Shown in pieces: positions 30,985 to 46,217 of a stretch of DNA of 64,000 bases (the stretch's first letter is position 1; every line of letters begins with the position of its first letter). Under the pieces are notes generated by a model that saw only the letters and a list, made by a program, of their open reading frames with translations, did not search any database and was not told the origin of the DNA. The stretch is from the human T2T-CHM13v2.0 reference genome, Homo sapiens, in assembly GCF_009914755.1 (NCBI RefSeq), contig NC_060937.1, one strand, 5' to 3'. The position numbers were made by a program, and so were the translations under genes.

Positions 30985-31919
30985 ACATCACTGAATCCTT
31001 TGCAGACCTTCCCTAGCACCAGCCTGGCTTGTGGCAGCCCCCCAGGGTGGCTAGACCCAGAATAGCAGCAGGAGTCAACAGTAGTCTGGCCCTCAGGAAT
31101 TGCCACTCTTCAGGGAAGAGGGAGTGCACCACAGCAAGGGAGCACCCCGTGGGACAAAAGAAACCAGCGCGTGAGTTTTGTGTGTCCCGGAACTTCCCAC
31201 TTGTGGGCAGGGAGCAGTTGCAGTTCTTTCAGCAAAAGTACAAACTCAGTTCTGGGTTCATTGTGGAGAAGACTGTGGTTCTGCCCCATCAGTCATGCAG
31301 CCCCAGTGCTAATGAAGGGATCAGTAGAAGGGGACTTCTCTCCCTCCCCATCACTGCAGACACATCCAAGGCTTCTTCAACTGGAACTCAGCCTGGGTGC
31401 ACCTGTAGATGGCATTTATGGAGCATTTTGAGGTGCAGTCCCACAGGAGGTATGCTCTTTAGTCTCAGGCTTGCAAGAGGGGCAGGGTCCCGATCCCTCT
31501 CTCCCTGGAACATCAGCATTGCTAGTGATGGACAGAGGTGTTCGCCTGATCTGAATATCTGGAACACGGGGACAGAGGCATCATAAGGAGGCAGATTGCT
31601 TTCCTATTGGCCTGATAGTAGAGCTAAGGCAGCTCCTTTCCTTCCTGCTGAGAAGACCTAACAACATTTTACCAGGAGCTCCCCGAGCCTCCTCTGTCTG
31701 GGCTGAGGGTTTACTCACCATTGGGGTATTGCGTATACCCACCTGTTTCAGGTGCAGCCAGTTCTTATCCATGAGCATCTCCTAATAGCCTGAAGACTGA
31801 ACTATTCAACCCATTGAAAAAAAATTCTGGGAAAAGTGTACACCACTGGGGACTGAGAAAAGCTTCATGAGACCTCTTTCATCCTGGCCTTACAGGAGAC
31901 AGTGAGACTGTTCACACAC
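30985..31919 (+). mobile_element. L1 5'UTR fragment (old L1P-type)
   Basis: gggtggctagacccaga...agggagtgcaccacagcaagggagcaccccgtgggacaaaagaa resembles the L1 5'UTR motif at 15805-15920. Confidence 0.7.
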
Positions 31920-32253
31920 TGTGATGGTTAATATTAGGTGTCAACCTGATTGGATTGAAAGATGCCTAGAGAGCTGATAGAGCATTGTTTTGGGGCGTGA
32001 GGGTGTTGCCAGAGGAGATTGACATTTGAGTCAGTAGACTAGGAGAGGAAATCTGCCCTAAATGTGGGTGAAGCACCATCCAATTGGCTGCCACTGCGGC
32101 TGAGACAAAGGAGGCAGAAGAAGGTGGGATAAGCTGGCCTGCCGAGTCTTCTGGCTTTCATCTATCCCCCATGCTGGATGCTTCCTTATGTTCCTCATGC
32201 TCTTGAACATCAGAATCCAGTTTCTTCTGCCTTTGAATTCTTCAACTTAAACC
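31920..32253 (+). mobile_element. MLT2 (ERVL) LTR, 5' part only
   Basis: tgtgatggttaatattaggtgtcaacctgattggattgaa...gtgttgccagaggagattgacatttgagtcag. Confidence 0.88.
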
Positions 32254-32614
32254 ATAGAATACTATGCAGCTGTTAAAAAACCATGTCCTTTTCAGCAACA
32301 TGGATGGAGCTGGAGGCCATTATCCTAAGCAAATTAACGCAGCAACAGAAAACCAAATACTGCATATTCTCACTTATAAGTGGGTGCTAAACAACTGGAA
32401 CACATGGACACTAGGAGGGGAACAACAGACGCTGGGGGGTACTCGAGGGTGGAGGGTGGAATGAGGGACAGGATCAAAAAAACTACCTATTAGGTACTAT
32501 GCTTATTACATAGGTGATGAAATTATCTGTACACAAAACCTCCATGACATGCAATTTACCTATGTGACAAATCTGCTCATGTATCCTTGACCTATAATAA
32601 AAGTTACAAAAAAA
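32251..32614 (+). mobile_element. L1 3' end (L1PA13-16-like)
   Basis: ccatagaatactatgcagc...tggatggagctggaggccattatcctaagc...aataaaagttacaaaaaaa. Confidence 0.9.
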
Positions 32615-34250
32615 TTAGTGGCCCATAATTAGAGTTTACGGTGATAAAAAAAGGCTAAATATAATGAACTCACCATAGTACATATTATACAGTAGATGCA
32701 AAATCGTGGCTACTTTGCTTCTCAGGATCGAATACTAAACAAAAGAAAAATAAGTATATATCAACATTTACATTGGCAAATACATTTATCTTCAGTTGAT
32801 TAGAGCAAATACGATGCTGTCAGACAATGCGAGCTCTACTGAGTTGAATTTACTTCCTAATTTTAAATTCTGTACAATAAAAGCAAGACAATCTCAATTT
32901 AAAGCCAAATTGTTTTATACAGCAAGTTTTATATGTATGTGAATTCTAGTTTGTTTGTGTGCCTAATTAATGAGTTACAATATGCAGTCAGTGATTAATA
33001 ATGAGTGGATGAGTCTAGATAACATTGGGCTGTCTGATTTTTGCAAGTCTCTCAGAATCATGATGTATTTCTTTTCAAGCATGAATCTTGAAAACTCACA
33101 GGCTGTGAAGGGAGGGCTTAGGTTTCAGAAAAATACCTCAGTGATAAAGAAGAGATTGTCTGTTGTGTCATGACCTCTCAAGCAGCAATTCTATAAATAA
33201 GATGACACAAAGCAGCATGGCAGGCGTGTACCTATGATAACTCAAGTGTGTATTATAGAAATCAAGAAATTATTACATTGTGGCCTATTTGGCCAATTTT
33301 TAATTAGAAGCATTAGTATGAGTTCTGTATTTTTGAAATTGAATGAGTAAACTCATGTTGAGCAAGGAGGATGATAAATAAGAATCCATGGGTGATTTAT
33401 CACTTCTTCCTGGAGAGCACCTTTAGCAATAGCAAATGTAAATTAAGATGATACTACAAAACAGATTAGTGGAAAATAGTGTGCAGAATTCCAGAGAGAT
33501 TAACAATTAGGACGGAAGGTATTTAAAAATCACAAAGGAAACTCAAGTGCCTACTAGTCTTGGAAAGAATTTGTGTTTATCTAGTTTCTTTAGTCCAAGA
33601 ATCTCAGTACATTTAAATGGATTTTAAATTTACTTTCACATACTAAAGTATCCACACTGTAATTTAAATCCTACAGATCAAAATAAAAATCAAAGTGTCC
33701 TAACTTTATTGAGAACTACAAAACAGAAAGAAAGCTACTAATGAATCTCTCTTGGTAAATTATTCACAGACACATACATGGGGAAGATGAGCAGAAAACA
33801 CTGCACTTCACTAATACTGTGTGGCAGGATAATTTACTGGAAAATTCATTTGTGTTTTATTTTCTCTGCTGAGGAACAATCAGAAAGAATGAGAGAGTTC
33901 ATTGTGTTTTGTGCTCTGCATTTTTTCTTATGTTCTGTGAGGGTCTTTGTAGATTTTTTTTTTTTTGCCTCAGGGGATTTTCAGGGCCTAAAGCAGAAAG
34001 TACTTGAAAATAACCTCTTTTTCGGGTTTTTGTTAAAGTACAAACTGGGGGTCGCAAATTCAAACTGACAAAGCCAGGCAGGTATCTAAACGAACAAAGC
34101 AGACTGAGTTTAATTTGTTACTCATAGGCTCAATTAAGTGGCTTAATTGACTATATAGGAATAGTCTTTATTTTCTTTAGGAATATACTTTATTCCATTT
34201 TTCTTAAAATACTTAACATTTTGGTTCATCTTTTTTTTTTTCCTTGATAG

Positions 34251-34680
34251 TGTCAAAGAAAGATTGCACTAGCATTAAACAGGAAGGAAGGTTTTACTCA
34301 AGGCTAGTAAAATAGGGGTCAAGACTTGCAGTAGAGAAGAGAAATTGAACTCCACTTCACTGAAACAAAAGACTGTAAGAGTTTTTAAGCACTGGACTGA
34401 ACTAATGGAAAAATACTGGAGGGCTTTTGATGGGAGGTTGGTCAACGTAATTAGGTCATCTGTGTTTGCTAAGAGGTGCCCACTGAAGGTAGGCTTCCAC
34501 TCACTCAAAGAGATTTAGACATAAGGGCACTATGTTTTACATTCTGAAAAGATGCATTCCAGGTTTGTCAGAAAGAAATTTCTGGGTTGTAAAATTGGCA
34601 AGAGGCTGGGAGAAGGTTTACATCTAAAGAGAAAGAATTTATAATTGCAAGTTTTCTAAAGTAATTGCTCTTAGAAACGT
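34251..34680 (-). mobile_element. ERV1 MER4-group LTR fragment (MER31/MER67-like)
   Basis: tgtcaaagaaagattgcac...aaggttttactcaaggct...atctgtgtttgctaa; family from recall only. Confidence 0.5.
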
Positions 34681-35399
34681 GGACTAAACAGAGTCTCACT
34701 TTCATATTTTTCTTATGGTCTTATTTATTTAGTTTTTGAGAGGTTGGAGGAAGTTGAAATCTTTCTTTATAGTGATTTACAGAAAGTTGCTGAAAGAAAA
34801 GGATGCCTGAAGAAGTAACTTGGTGGCTTAAATATTAAATTCTCTAAGCTAGGTCATATTCTTCATGTCTCCAATTTGACTAAAACAATATGTCACAATA
34901 TAAATGAATTGTGAATTTATTTTGAGTGAATTCAACTGAATTATATAATTGTAAAAATAGGATGAAAACACATTGAACATATATATGTATATATATCAAA
35001 GAATATATATACTCTGTTATCAGGTAAAGAAATAGAGGCAAAAATAAGTCCCAGAACCTATTGTCAGAAAACAAGTAAAACCCCAAAGCACTAGGCTTAT
35101 GAGTGCAACTGGGTGGAAGCTTCAATAGTGTGATTTAGAGGAAGCTAAACTCATCTATCAAAACTATCTTTTTGGCAGAAGGTCATGGTACTCATCATTT
35201 TATTTAAGTTTTTTTTAGAGATAAGATATTGATTTTTAAAAATGTTTATATGTTATTATAAAGGAGTTTATGCAAGTATAAATTCAACTCTGTAGGAAAA
35301 GCTCTTGGAAATTCTCTTCCTTTATTTCATATTTTAGTGCATAAGGTTGGGTTCATTATACTCCTTGGATCTAATCTGGGCTCACTGTATTTTTTTCTT

Positions 35400-36260
35400 T
35401 GAGGCTTACTGCTCTTTCTTTACTTGCTCCCACTGAGAAGTTTTCTATGTGTTTTCGTGAATTGTGTATTGTTGTTTTGTGTGCATATATTTTAATGTAT
35501 ATAAATTGTGCCACAGATCTCATTTTTTTTGCAAAAAGCACTGTACTTTTGAATTATGTTTATGTTTTTATGTATAGATCTATTGCTTCTATTTTCTACT
35601 TGAATTTCATGTTGTGCATTGATTACACTTTACTTGTCTATTGTGACAATGATGGACAATTTGATTGACTCTAATTGTCTGCACCCACAGTAATGCTGTG
35701 GCAAGCACTCTTGTTTGTTTCCATTAGAAATCTTTATAAGAATTATCTAAGAAGGGTATTTTGGGGTTATAAGTTATCTTATTTATACAATCATCAACAA
35801 TTGATTCCCCAGAATGAATACACCAGCCTTCTCTTTCACTAGCAGTGCACGGACATTCCTATACCACATCTTCACCCACACTTGCAATATAATGGATGTA
35901 AAATAATACTTCATTGTGCTTTAATTTTCAATTATTTACCTACTAAGTAATTTAATCATGATTGTGATAAGTTTGTTAACATTTTGTGTTTTACCTTCTG
36001 TTAGTTGCATGTTTGTGTCTTGTACCCATTTCTTTCTAATACGATTTCTGTCTTTTCCTTGTTGCCATATAGAAGTTCATTATTTGCTCCACATATAAAA
36101 TGCTTAATTTTGTAATAATCAAATTTTCAATATTTTAACTTTTGTTTTTTGCCTTTGTTGTTTCTGCTGTTAGAAGTCCTTAGCTACTCCAGGGAAGCAA
36201 AGATCATTATATTAATTCCAATTAATTTTAAAGTTTAATCATTCATATTATAGGTATTTC
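35400..36260 (-). mobile_element. Ancient L1ME-type 3' fragment
   Basis: Degenerate L1 3' motifs (gatggacaatttgattg, ctagcagtg, cttcattgtgctttaatt). Confidence 0.55.
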
Positions 36261-36467
36261 TAAGTTTTAGTTTGAAGACCTTTACCCATACTATCTCATG
36301 GATCTAGTTATTTTACATGTCCTTTAAAACAGAGGAAAGTGACAATCAGTAGAATAAAGGATAAAAATGCATCATAAAAAATAAATATACATACCCTTAG
36401 ACAGAGAAGAATACAAAAAAAGGTATATTTCACAGGATTAAATCACATAAAAATTGTTAAATAGTAA

Positions 36468-36970
<503 letters not shown>

Positions 36971-38479
36971 AACTAATACAAGTGGGTAAACATGCAATAG
37001 AATTTTATGTTGAATCATCAGAAAACCTTTCTGCCACTAAATACTATCAAGATTGCAAGATAATTACTCCAGATAAATAATGACAATCACTTCCCATGAA
37101 AATATTTACAGCTACTAATGATAAATGCTAAAATATTTGTTGTATCAACTTGTGCTTAACAGGTAGGAGTGTAGATTGTTAGGTCATTTTTAAACTTTCA
37201 TGCTCTATTAACTATTGTTCATTGTTTGCCTAGCTATGCTATTGTAAAAAGAAATGTTGTAAAGTCTTGGTATACATAATGAAGCAGAAAAACAATGCAT
37301 TTGTACATAAATTAAGCTATTAGCTTAATTTCTTTCAAGTAACAATTTTAAACAGATGCTGATTCACTCTGCTAAAATAGGTTGTTTATTCGTTAACCAA
37401 ACATAAATTATAATAATAGTTACTCCTATTTCCTAGTTCCCTTAATATTCTATTTCTCATCCAAATAAATGGCTCTTTATTAGAATAACAGTGACTACTG
37501 TCCTTATGCAAATAAAAGTGAGGTATATTCCCATTTGTTATCAATGCTTTGACAGCAGAAGCTCAAGTTCAAAAATGATGTTTTTTTCTTAAATAGACCT
37601 CTTTCAACCTTTAGAAACCCTGTTGGTCTGAGATAGGATTTTTAATGTATTCAGTGCTTTGATGATAACCAGAGCAATGGCTGTATGCAACTGTCAATAA
37701 ATACACATGGGAAGAAAAAACATTATGAAATAACTCAAGATAAAATTTATTGGTGAGAATTGGAGCCACTATCATCAGTCAACTGTCTCCTTTCATTTCA
37801 CCTAGGTATATTGCTTTTAATTTTTTTCAGCTTACCAAGGATCACATTGCAGAAGCTAAAGGAATAGTAAGGACTCACTCATTGATTTATAGAATGTTCA
37901 AGCCTCCTGGTTTTAACTGGACTGAAGTTTATATGAGTAATTCTTATATACCTAGATGATGACACCTTCTTAGAGTGGTGATAAAACACCAACTCTGTTC
38001 AACATTAAACCAGCCAGGCATAGAGGACAGCCACCTTCTCTCATCCTCATTCCTGTTGATAAGATTATATATCACTGAGACAACAGCACGTCTAATTCAA
38101 GATATGAACTGCCTCTTTGTTCTCTCACATGTAGCGAGGAAAAGCATTTCAAAGTTTTCCATCTCTCTAGAACTAATCATGACAAGTTGATTCTCACTAG
38201 GTGACAACATTTTACTCAGCTCTATCAGAAGATGTGCACTGTAAACCAATTTGAAATACATTCAGAGAACTTGGCCTTTAGAATCTTATAATCTTATCTT
38301 TATTTTCACAAAATAGGATAAACAGCTGAGAGAAAAAAACATATGGAGCATATGCAGAGAGTCACTATTTCCCTCTCCTTCTTTCTCTGTCTTTGCTCTC
38401 ACTCTTGCTCTGTCTCAATCCCTCTCTCCCTTTCATTCTTGCTCTGACACTTTCTTGCTCATAGTGCAAGGGATGCACT

Positions 38480-38676
38480 GGTGTTGTTTTGACCAGGAGT
38501 TCAAATCCTGATTTTGGTTCTTAATATATGAAAAACTTAATAATATCTTTATTAGTAAAATAAAGCTAGTAACACTTACCTCATAGTCTTATGGTAAGAG
38601 TTAAAATTATCTATTAAAATACTCACATGCTTAGCATAGTGTCTGGCAAACATTTATCTCTTAATAAATGTTAGTA
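38480..38676 (+). mobile_element. MIR
   Basis: gagttcaaatcctg...acctcatag...gcttagcatagtgtctggca...aataaatgttag. Confidence 0.7.
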
Positions 38677-38722
38677 TGTTCAAACTCCATCCCTATGTTG
38701 GATTTTGAAAAAGATATTTTAC

Positions 38723-41700
38723 ACTTTTGGTTTTCAGTCTGGCATGTAAGATGCTTGAAAGTCACCACTCTATCTAACAAGTAAAATCATGTACGAACTA
38801 AACTATCAACGACCCTTTTTACATCCTTAAGAGAAGTGAGGTCATAGAGGAAGCACTGCCCCCAAACTGAAGATACCAATAGACAAATACAAAGCAAAAA
38901 TGTGTGAGCTGAAACCTCCATGGGAACCAGAGCTGGTGTAGAGAAACCAGAACTGGAACTGACAAATCACTGGAGGCTCAGTGTGAACAAGTGTGGGTTA
39001 AAGGATCCAGGGGAACCCTGTCACTGGGGTCACCCCCACACTTTGGTGACTTTTACCTTCTGAAGCTCTACCAGGTTCTCATAGTGAATATCTGAGAAAC
39101 ATCTCCTGCTTCTAACGGGGAGGGGTAAAGAATCTATTTGAAACATGCCAGATCACTGTGTCCTTCTGAACAAGGTCTGCCCTTAAGAGAAACTGCTTAA
39201 CCAGAACCTAACTGCTGGAATTTTATCAGAGCTTAGGTGACCTGGGGGAAGAGAAACATTCAGCTTCAGCCAGAGCTAGCCTTCCACGTGGGAGAAGGGA
39301 AACATCAAACTCCAGTCCACTGCAGTTATCCTGTTTCATGTAAGTCAGAGAAGCACTGAGAAAAAAGAGTGAAGCCCACAGTTCAGAGGCAAAGACTTAC
39401 TAAAAGAGTCATGTTTAATCTAATGATAGGTCTATAGAATACCTCCCTACCCCCATATTTTACCCCCATAGTACTGAAAGCCTATTTACAGCAGTACCCA
39501 GGACATCATGTTCAGCTACAGAGAAAAATTTGCATTACATACTGAAGGCAATAATAATAATAACAAATACATAGTCTGAAGAGACAGAGCAAGCATCATA
39601 ACAAGACTCAAATATGGCAGAGATGTTGAAATAATTAGAGCAGAAATTGTAAACAACTATAATTAGTATTCTAAGGGTTCTAATGTATAAAGTAGCTTGC
39701 ATGAAAGACGGGATTGGCAATGTAAACAGAAAGATGGAAATTCTAATAACAAAAAGAAGTAGTAGAGATAAAAAACACTTCCACAGAAATGAAGGATGTC
39801 TTTGACAGGACTATGAGTAGGCTGGACATGGCTGAGGAAAGTATCTCTGAATTTGAAGATATCTCAACAGAAAACTCCCAAACTAAAAAGCAAACAGGAA
39901 AAATCCAGAAACACAAGACAGGTATACAAGAACTTAAAGACAACTACAACAGATATAACATAGGCATAATGGAAATAATAGAAGAAGAAGAAAATGAGAA
40001 AGAAGAAGAAATAATTGAAACACTATAATACCTGAGAATTTCTCCAGATTAGTCAAATAGCAAACCACACATAATAGTAAGCTCAGAAAACATTGAGTGG
40101 ATAAACTTCAAAAACCTTACACTTAAATATATTATTTTCAAACTCCAGAAAATCAAAGATAAAGAAAAAATTGAAAAATGCCAGTGTAATGGGGGACAGC
40201 TTACCTACATATGGGCAAAGATAAGAATTATATCTGAATTTTCCTCAGAAATAATGCAAGCAAGATGTGAAAGGAGTAACAAATTTAAACTTGGAGAGAA
40301 AAAAAACCCACCAACTAGAATTTTGTACTCTGTGAAGTTATCCTTCAAACTGAAGGAGAAATAATGACTCAGAAACAAGGTAAGGATATCCCCTTTTACC
40401 ACTGCTTTTCAACATAACAGACAGCCATAGCCAATGCAATAAGATAAGAAAAGGAAATAAAAGGCTTACTGGTTTGGAAAAAAGAAATGAAACTGTCTTT
40501 GTTTGCAGATGAATAAACATCTGAGTAAAATGTCTCTAATCATTGACAATAAAATTCCTAGAGCACATGTGATTATAGCAAAGTTGCAGGATACAGGGTT
40601 AGTATATTAATACAAAATTGCTTTTCTCTATGCCACAATGAACAAGTGGGATTTAAAATTAAAAACACTAGACCATTTACATGAGCACTTAAAGCATGAA
40701 ACATTTATGTATAACTCTAACAAAAAATGTACTATATCAGGAAAATGAAAAATCTCTGATGAAAGAAATACATGGAAAAAATATTTCATGTTTATGAGTA
40801 AGACTCAATATCGTCAAGATGTAAATTATGCACAATTTGATCTATAGATTCAATGCAATCCCAATCAAAGTCTCAGAAAGTTATTTGGTGGATATTGACA
40901 ACCTGATTCTAAAATTTATGTTGAGAGGCAAAAGATCCAGAATAGCCAACACAATATTGAAGGAGAAAAATAAAGATGGAGAACTGATACTACTAAACCT
41001 CAAGACTTACTATAAAGCTACAGAAATTAAGGCTGTGTGGTACTGGTGAAAGAAGAGACAGAAAAATAAATGAAACAGTATAAAGAGTGCAGAAATAAAA
41101 CACTTACATATAGTCTACTGCTTTTTACAAAGGAGTGAAGACAATACAATGAACAAATACAGTCTTTTCAACAAAGTGCTGGAACAACTGGACACCCACA
41201 TGTAAAAAATTGAATCTAGACACATATCTAATGCTCTTCACAAAAATTAAGTCAAAATGAATTATGGACCTAAATGTAAAACACAAAACTATAAAACTCC
41301 CAGGAAATAACCTAGGAGACAATCTAGATGACCTTGGTTATGGCAATGCCTTTTTTAGACACAACATCAAAAGTACAATCATGAATTATGTAATTCGTGT
41401 TAAATTTTATTAAAATTAAAAATATCTTCTCTGTGAAAGACACTGTCAAGTGAATAAAAAGACATGCCACAGACTGAGAGAAAAACATTTGAAAATATAC
41501 ACATCTGATAAAAGACTGTTATCCAAAATATGCAAAAACCTCTTAAAACTCAGCAATAACAACACAAAATCTGTATTAAAAATGGGTCAAAGACCTTAGC
41601 AGATACTTCACCAAAGAAAAAATACAGATGGCAAATAAGCAAATAAAAAAGTCATATATTATATACTAGGGAATTGCAAATTAAAACAACCATGAGATAC

Positions 41701-42310
41701 CACTGTGTCCCTATTAGAATGGCCAAACACCTATTAGAATGGCATAAGTCCGAAACGTTGACTGTTGAAGATGTGATGAGAATTCTCATTTATTACTGGT
41801 AAGAAAGAAAATAGTACAGCAATTTTGGAAAGCAGTTTGGCTGTTTCTTACAAAACTAAACACACTCTTACCATGTGATCCAGCAACTGTACTCCCTGGT
41901 ATTTACCCAAAGGAGTTGAAAATCTATGTCCACAAAGAAACTTACACACAGTTGTTTATAGCATCTTTAATAATAATTGACAAAATTTGGAAGCAACAAA
42001 AATATCATTCAGTAGGTGATTGGAGAAATAAACTGTAGTACATCTAGGAGATGGAATGTTACTCAACACCAAAAAGAGATAAGCTATAAAGCCATGAGAA
42101 GGCAGGAGAGAGCCTGAATGTACATTATATTTAGTATGTAATGTTAGTAATATGTAATATGAAAGAAGCCAATCTGAAAAGGCCACATAATATATGATTC
42201 TAATTGTATGGTGTCTTGGACAAGGTAAACGAAGGAAACAATAAATAGATCAGTTGTTGCCAGGGGTTCCACATGGAGGAATAAATAAATAGGTGAAACG
42301 CAGAAGAACT
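38723..42310 (+). mobile_element. L1MC/L1MD-type element with an internal deletion joining the ORF1 end to the RT region
   Basis: ORF1 coiled-coil remnant (SRLDMAEESISEFED); ORF2 (IYRFNAIPIK, LKTYYKATEIKAVWYW); 3'UTR gaaagaagccaatctgaaaaggc; junction near 40365. Confidence 0.85.
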
Positions 42311-42354
42311 TAATCTTGGCAAAGTTTTTTCTCATATGACTTCAAAAGCGTAAG

Positions 42355-43285
42355 CAATATTAAAGTTTTTCCACTGTGTTTTCTTCTAGAAGTTTTACAG
42401 TTTTAGGTCTTATATTTAAGTCCTTAACCTATTTTAAGTTGATTGTTGTGTGTGGGCTGATAGGAGTCTAACTTCATTTTTCTGCATATGGATATCCAGT
42501 TTTCTCAGCCCCACTTATTGATGAGACTGCCCTTTCTCCATTGTGTGTTCTTGTCATCTCTTTCAAAGATCAGTTGACTTTAGATGTGTGTATTTATTTA
42601 TGCTCTCTCTTCTGTTCCATTGGTCTATTGTCTATTATTATACCAGTACCAAGCTGTTTTGATTACTATGCCTTTGTAGTAGATTTTGAAATCAGGTAAT
42701 GTGATTACACAACTTTGTTCTTTTTTGTGCAAAATTGCTTTGGCTATTTGAGGTCTTTTGTGGTTCCATATAAATTTTAGGATTACTTTTGTCTATTTCT
42801 ATAAAAAATATCATTGGAATTTTGATACAGATTGTACTGCATCTGTAGATTTCCTTGTGTAGTATGGACTTTTTGATGATCTTAATTCTTCCAATCCATT
42901 AACATGAGTTTTTTTATTTACTTGTGTTTTCTTTAATTTCTTTCATCAGTGTTTTATAGTTTTTGGTGGACAGACCTTTAACCTCCTTGGTTAAATTAAT
43001 TCCTAAGCATTTTCTGTTTTGAATTTGTTGTAAAGGGAATTGATTTTTTGCTTTTTTTCAGATAGTTCATTGTTCATATATAGATATGCTACTGATTTTT
43101 TATGTTGATTTTATGTTCTGCAACTTTGCTGAACTTATTTGTCAGTTTAACAATTTTTTTTTGGTCTTTTTTTTTCAGGGTTTTCAATTTATAATATTAT
43201 GTCATCTTAAAACAAAAAGTTTCATTCTTTCTTTCAATGTGGTTGCCTTTTGTTTTTATTTTTATTTATTTTTTAGTGTTACAGT
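42355..43285 (-). mobile_element. L1 ORF2 fragment (L1M-type)
   Basis: ctgcatatggatatccagttttc, tctgttccattggtcta, ttggttaaattaattcctaag: reversed L1 ORF2. Confidence 0.85.
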
Positions 43286-43995
43286 ATTAAGCAGATGGGA
43301 AAATAATTTGTCATACTGCTATAAAAGTTTGTGAACATTTTTTCTCTGTTTTTGCTCTTCCTTTATGGTGGACCATTATAAAACAGTTCATGGACACACG
43401 GAGGTCCACTGTCTAATATTTGAACTTCACTGTTCTAATGTATTTTTACAGGTCACTAGTGACTGTACACACACACACACTTTTCTTTTTAAGTGAGTGA
43501 GGAAAGGTAAAGATAAGAAGTTATTCAATAGGCATAGATGATTTAAAGTATTAAACATGTTTTGAATATATCCATATATTCAGTATTGAACTTTCAATAT
43601 TATGTTAAGGCCCATTCACTGAAGCAAAATCAATAAAACAAACAAAAAAATTCCTTAATGAAAAACAAGTAGCCCTTCTTTCAAGATGGAATGGCTGATT
43701 AAAAAAAAAAGTTTAAACAAAAATGCAAAACACTATACATGTAGGTGCCAAGATGAGTGACTTTCCATTTAGAAAAATTAGAAATCAGTATAGTTAGAAA
43801 AGTTGTCCTCTTCCTTTAGACTCTGCAATCTTTATGGAGGACTTAACTTTCGGCAAAAGTAACTAAACTTGAGGTGAACTTCCCAGTGTTTTCAATGCAT
43901 TGTAAGATCGGAAATTATTCCTCCTCCTTAGGAGCCTACAGAAGGCCAGCCAGAAAGTGGCAAATGGCTGTAACACCTGGGAAACCTGATGTATA

Positions 43996-44530
43996 TGGTG
44001 GCAAAGAGAAAACTTCCTCTTCACCCTCTGAAGGTTCATTGAAATATCAACTCACAAAAGGCAGGTTAATTGGAGAAAAGGCACATAAATTTATTTAACC
44101 TGTATAGACAGTGAGACTCACAGAGTGATTACCCACTCGCTACCACATTCCCAGTGTGATTCAGAAGCTTATATACCATCCTGGCTAAACAGATTATGGA
44201 GGGGGAAGAAGAGGAATTCCACTGAAGGGAAATAAAGGATTACTAGGCAGAATGAATGCATGCAGGAACAGAGATTAACTTGTAAATAGTAATTTTTTTT
44301 TTTTTTTTTTGACAGCAAAATGGTCTGTTCAGGTGTGGTTATACATTTTATCTTACAGGGAGAGGAAGAATAAACTGTTCTTGTTGGGTCTGGATTCTAG
44401 GCAGATAAAGGAACTTCAACTTATTTAAGAAAGATAGTGGGGTGGGGGGAGGGCTAAACAGACTATAAGCTTTCCTCAGTTGTCATGTCAATACGCCATA
44501 TTTTGGGGTACTAGCTTCTGAGTCCCAACA
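43996..44530 (-). mobile_element. ERV1 MER4-group solo LTR (MER34/MER39-like)
   Basis: Minus strand starts tgttgggactcagaagctagtaccccaaaatatggcgtattgacatg; aataaa near the other end. Confidence 0.65.
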
Positions 44531-45450
44531 TGTGTTCATACAACGTGAAAAGAAAGATAGGACTGGGTTTCCATTATCATGTGAACTGCCGTGGAGAAGG
44601 TACAAAAGGAGGGCTTAAAGGCAAGACTACAAGGAGTCCAGTCAAAAACTAGAAAGATGGACGAAACTACAAGAAATCTAAAATAAGGATTAGGAAAATA
44701 GAGAGTTAGGGCTTCAAGGGAGGATCTATGTGAGAAACTCTCTGAAGCCAGAAGAGTAGTCTGATTTTCCTTTTTTTTTTTTTTTTCACTCTCAAACTAT
44801 TATCTCTGGTTTTGTGTGTTACAGGTAATGAATTAGTTTAATTTTCAACTTCTAGACCTCCAGTATTACATTGCTTTATCATACGTTACCGGGATCCTAA
44901 AAAACAAATACATATACAAAAACAGAAAATAAACATCACCTCCACAAGTGGTTACTGTGCATTAATCCAGAATGGGTGGTGATCGGGATGAGTTGGGGGG
45001 TGGGGTTCAGCACCTATTAGAAAGACTGCAACTACTCTTGTGGTCTAATGGAACATAGGTTTTTCTTTAGGAGAGATTAATCGGGAGTGAGGTCTGCCTA
45101 AACCTGAGATGAGAAGAATTTGTCTCCTGAGAATAATGATGGATATCCCTCAAGAATTGAAGATGGGCCAGGTAACAAGCTTATCAGAAAGACTACTCTT
45201 GTGTAAAATAAACAATCTGAAAGGATCAGAATTCTAAAAGAATATGTTGATTATTCCTATTGAATAATAATTATTTATTATTTCACACTGATTAATGTGA
45301 TATATCAATTTCATGAGCAAGTATTTGCTGAACATCTACTATATTCATAGCATTGTGTTAGTCACTGCCACGGAGATGCTGGATAATCTATCTGGAGAGA
45401 CAGAAATGACAAAGGCAAGGTATAGCATAGTGTGCTATAGAATTAGATGC

Positions 45451-46217
<767 letters not shown>

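Noticed and set aside
31029-31586. 185-aa ORF
   Set aside because: Lies in L1 5'UTR-like sequence, has a non-ATG start and no recognisable domain.
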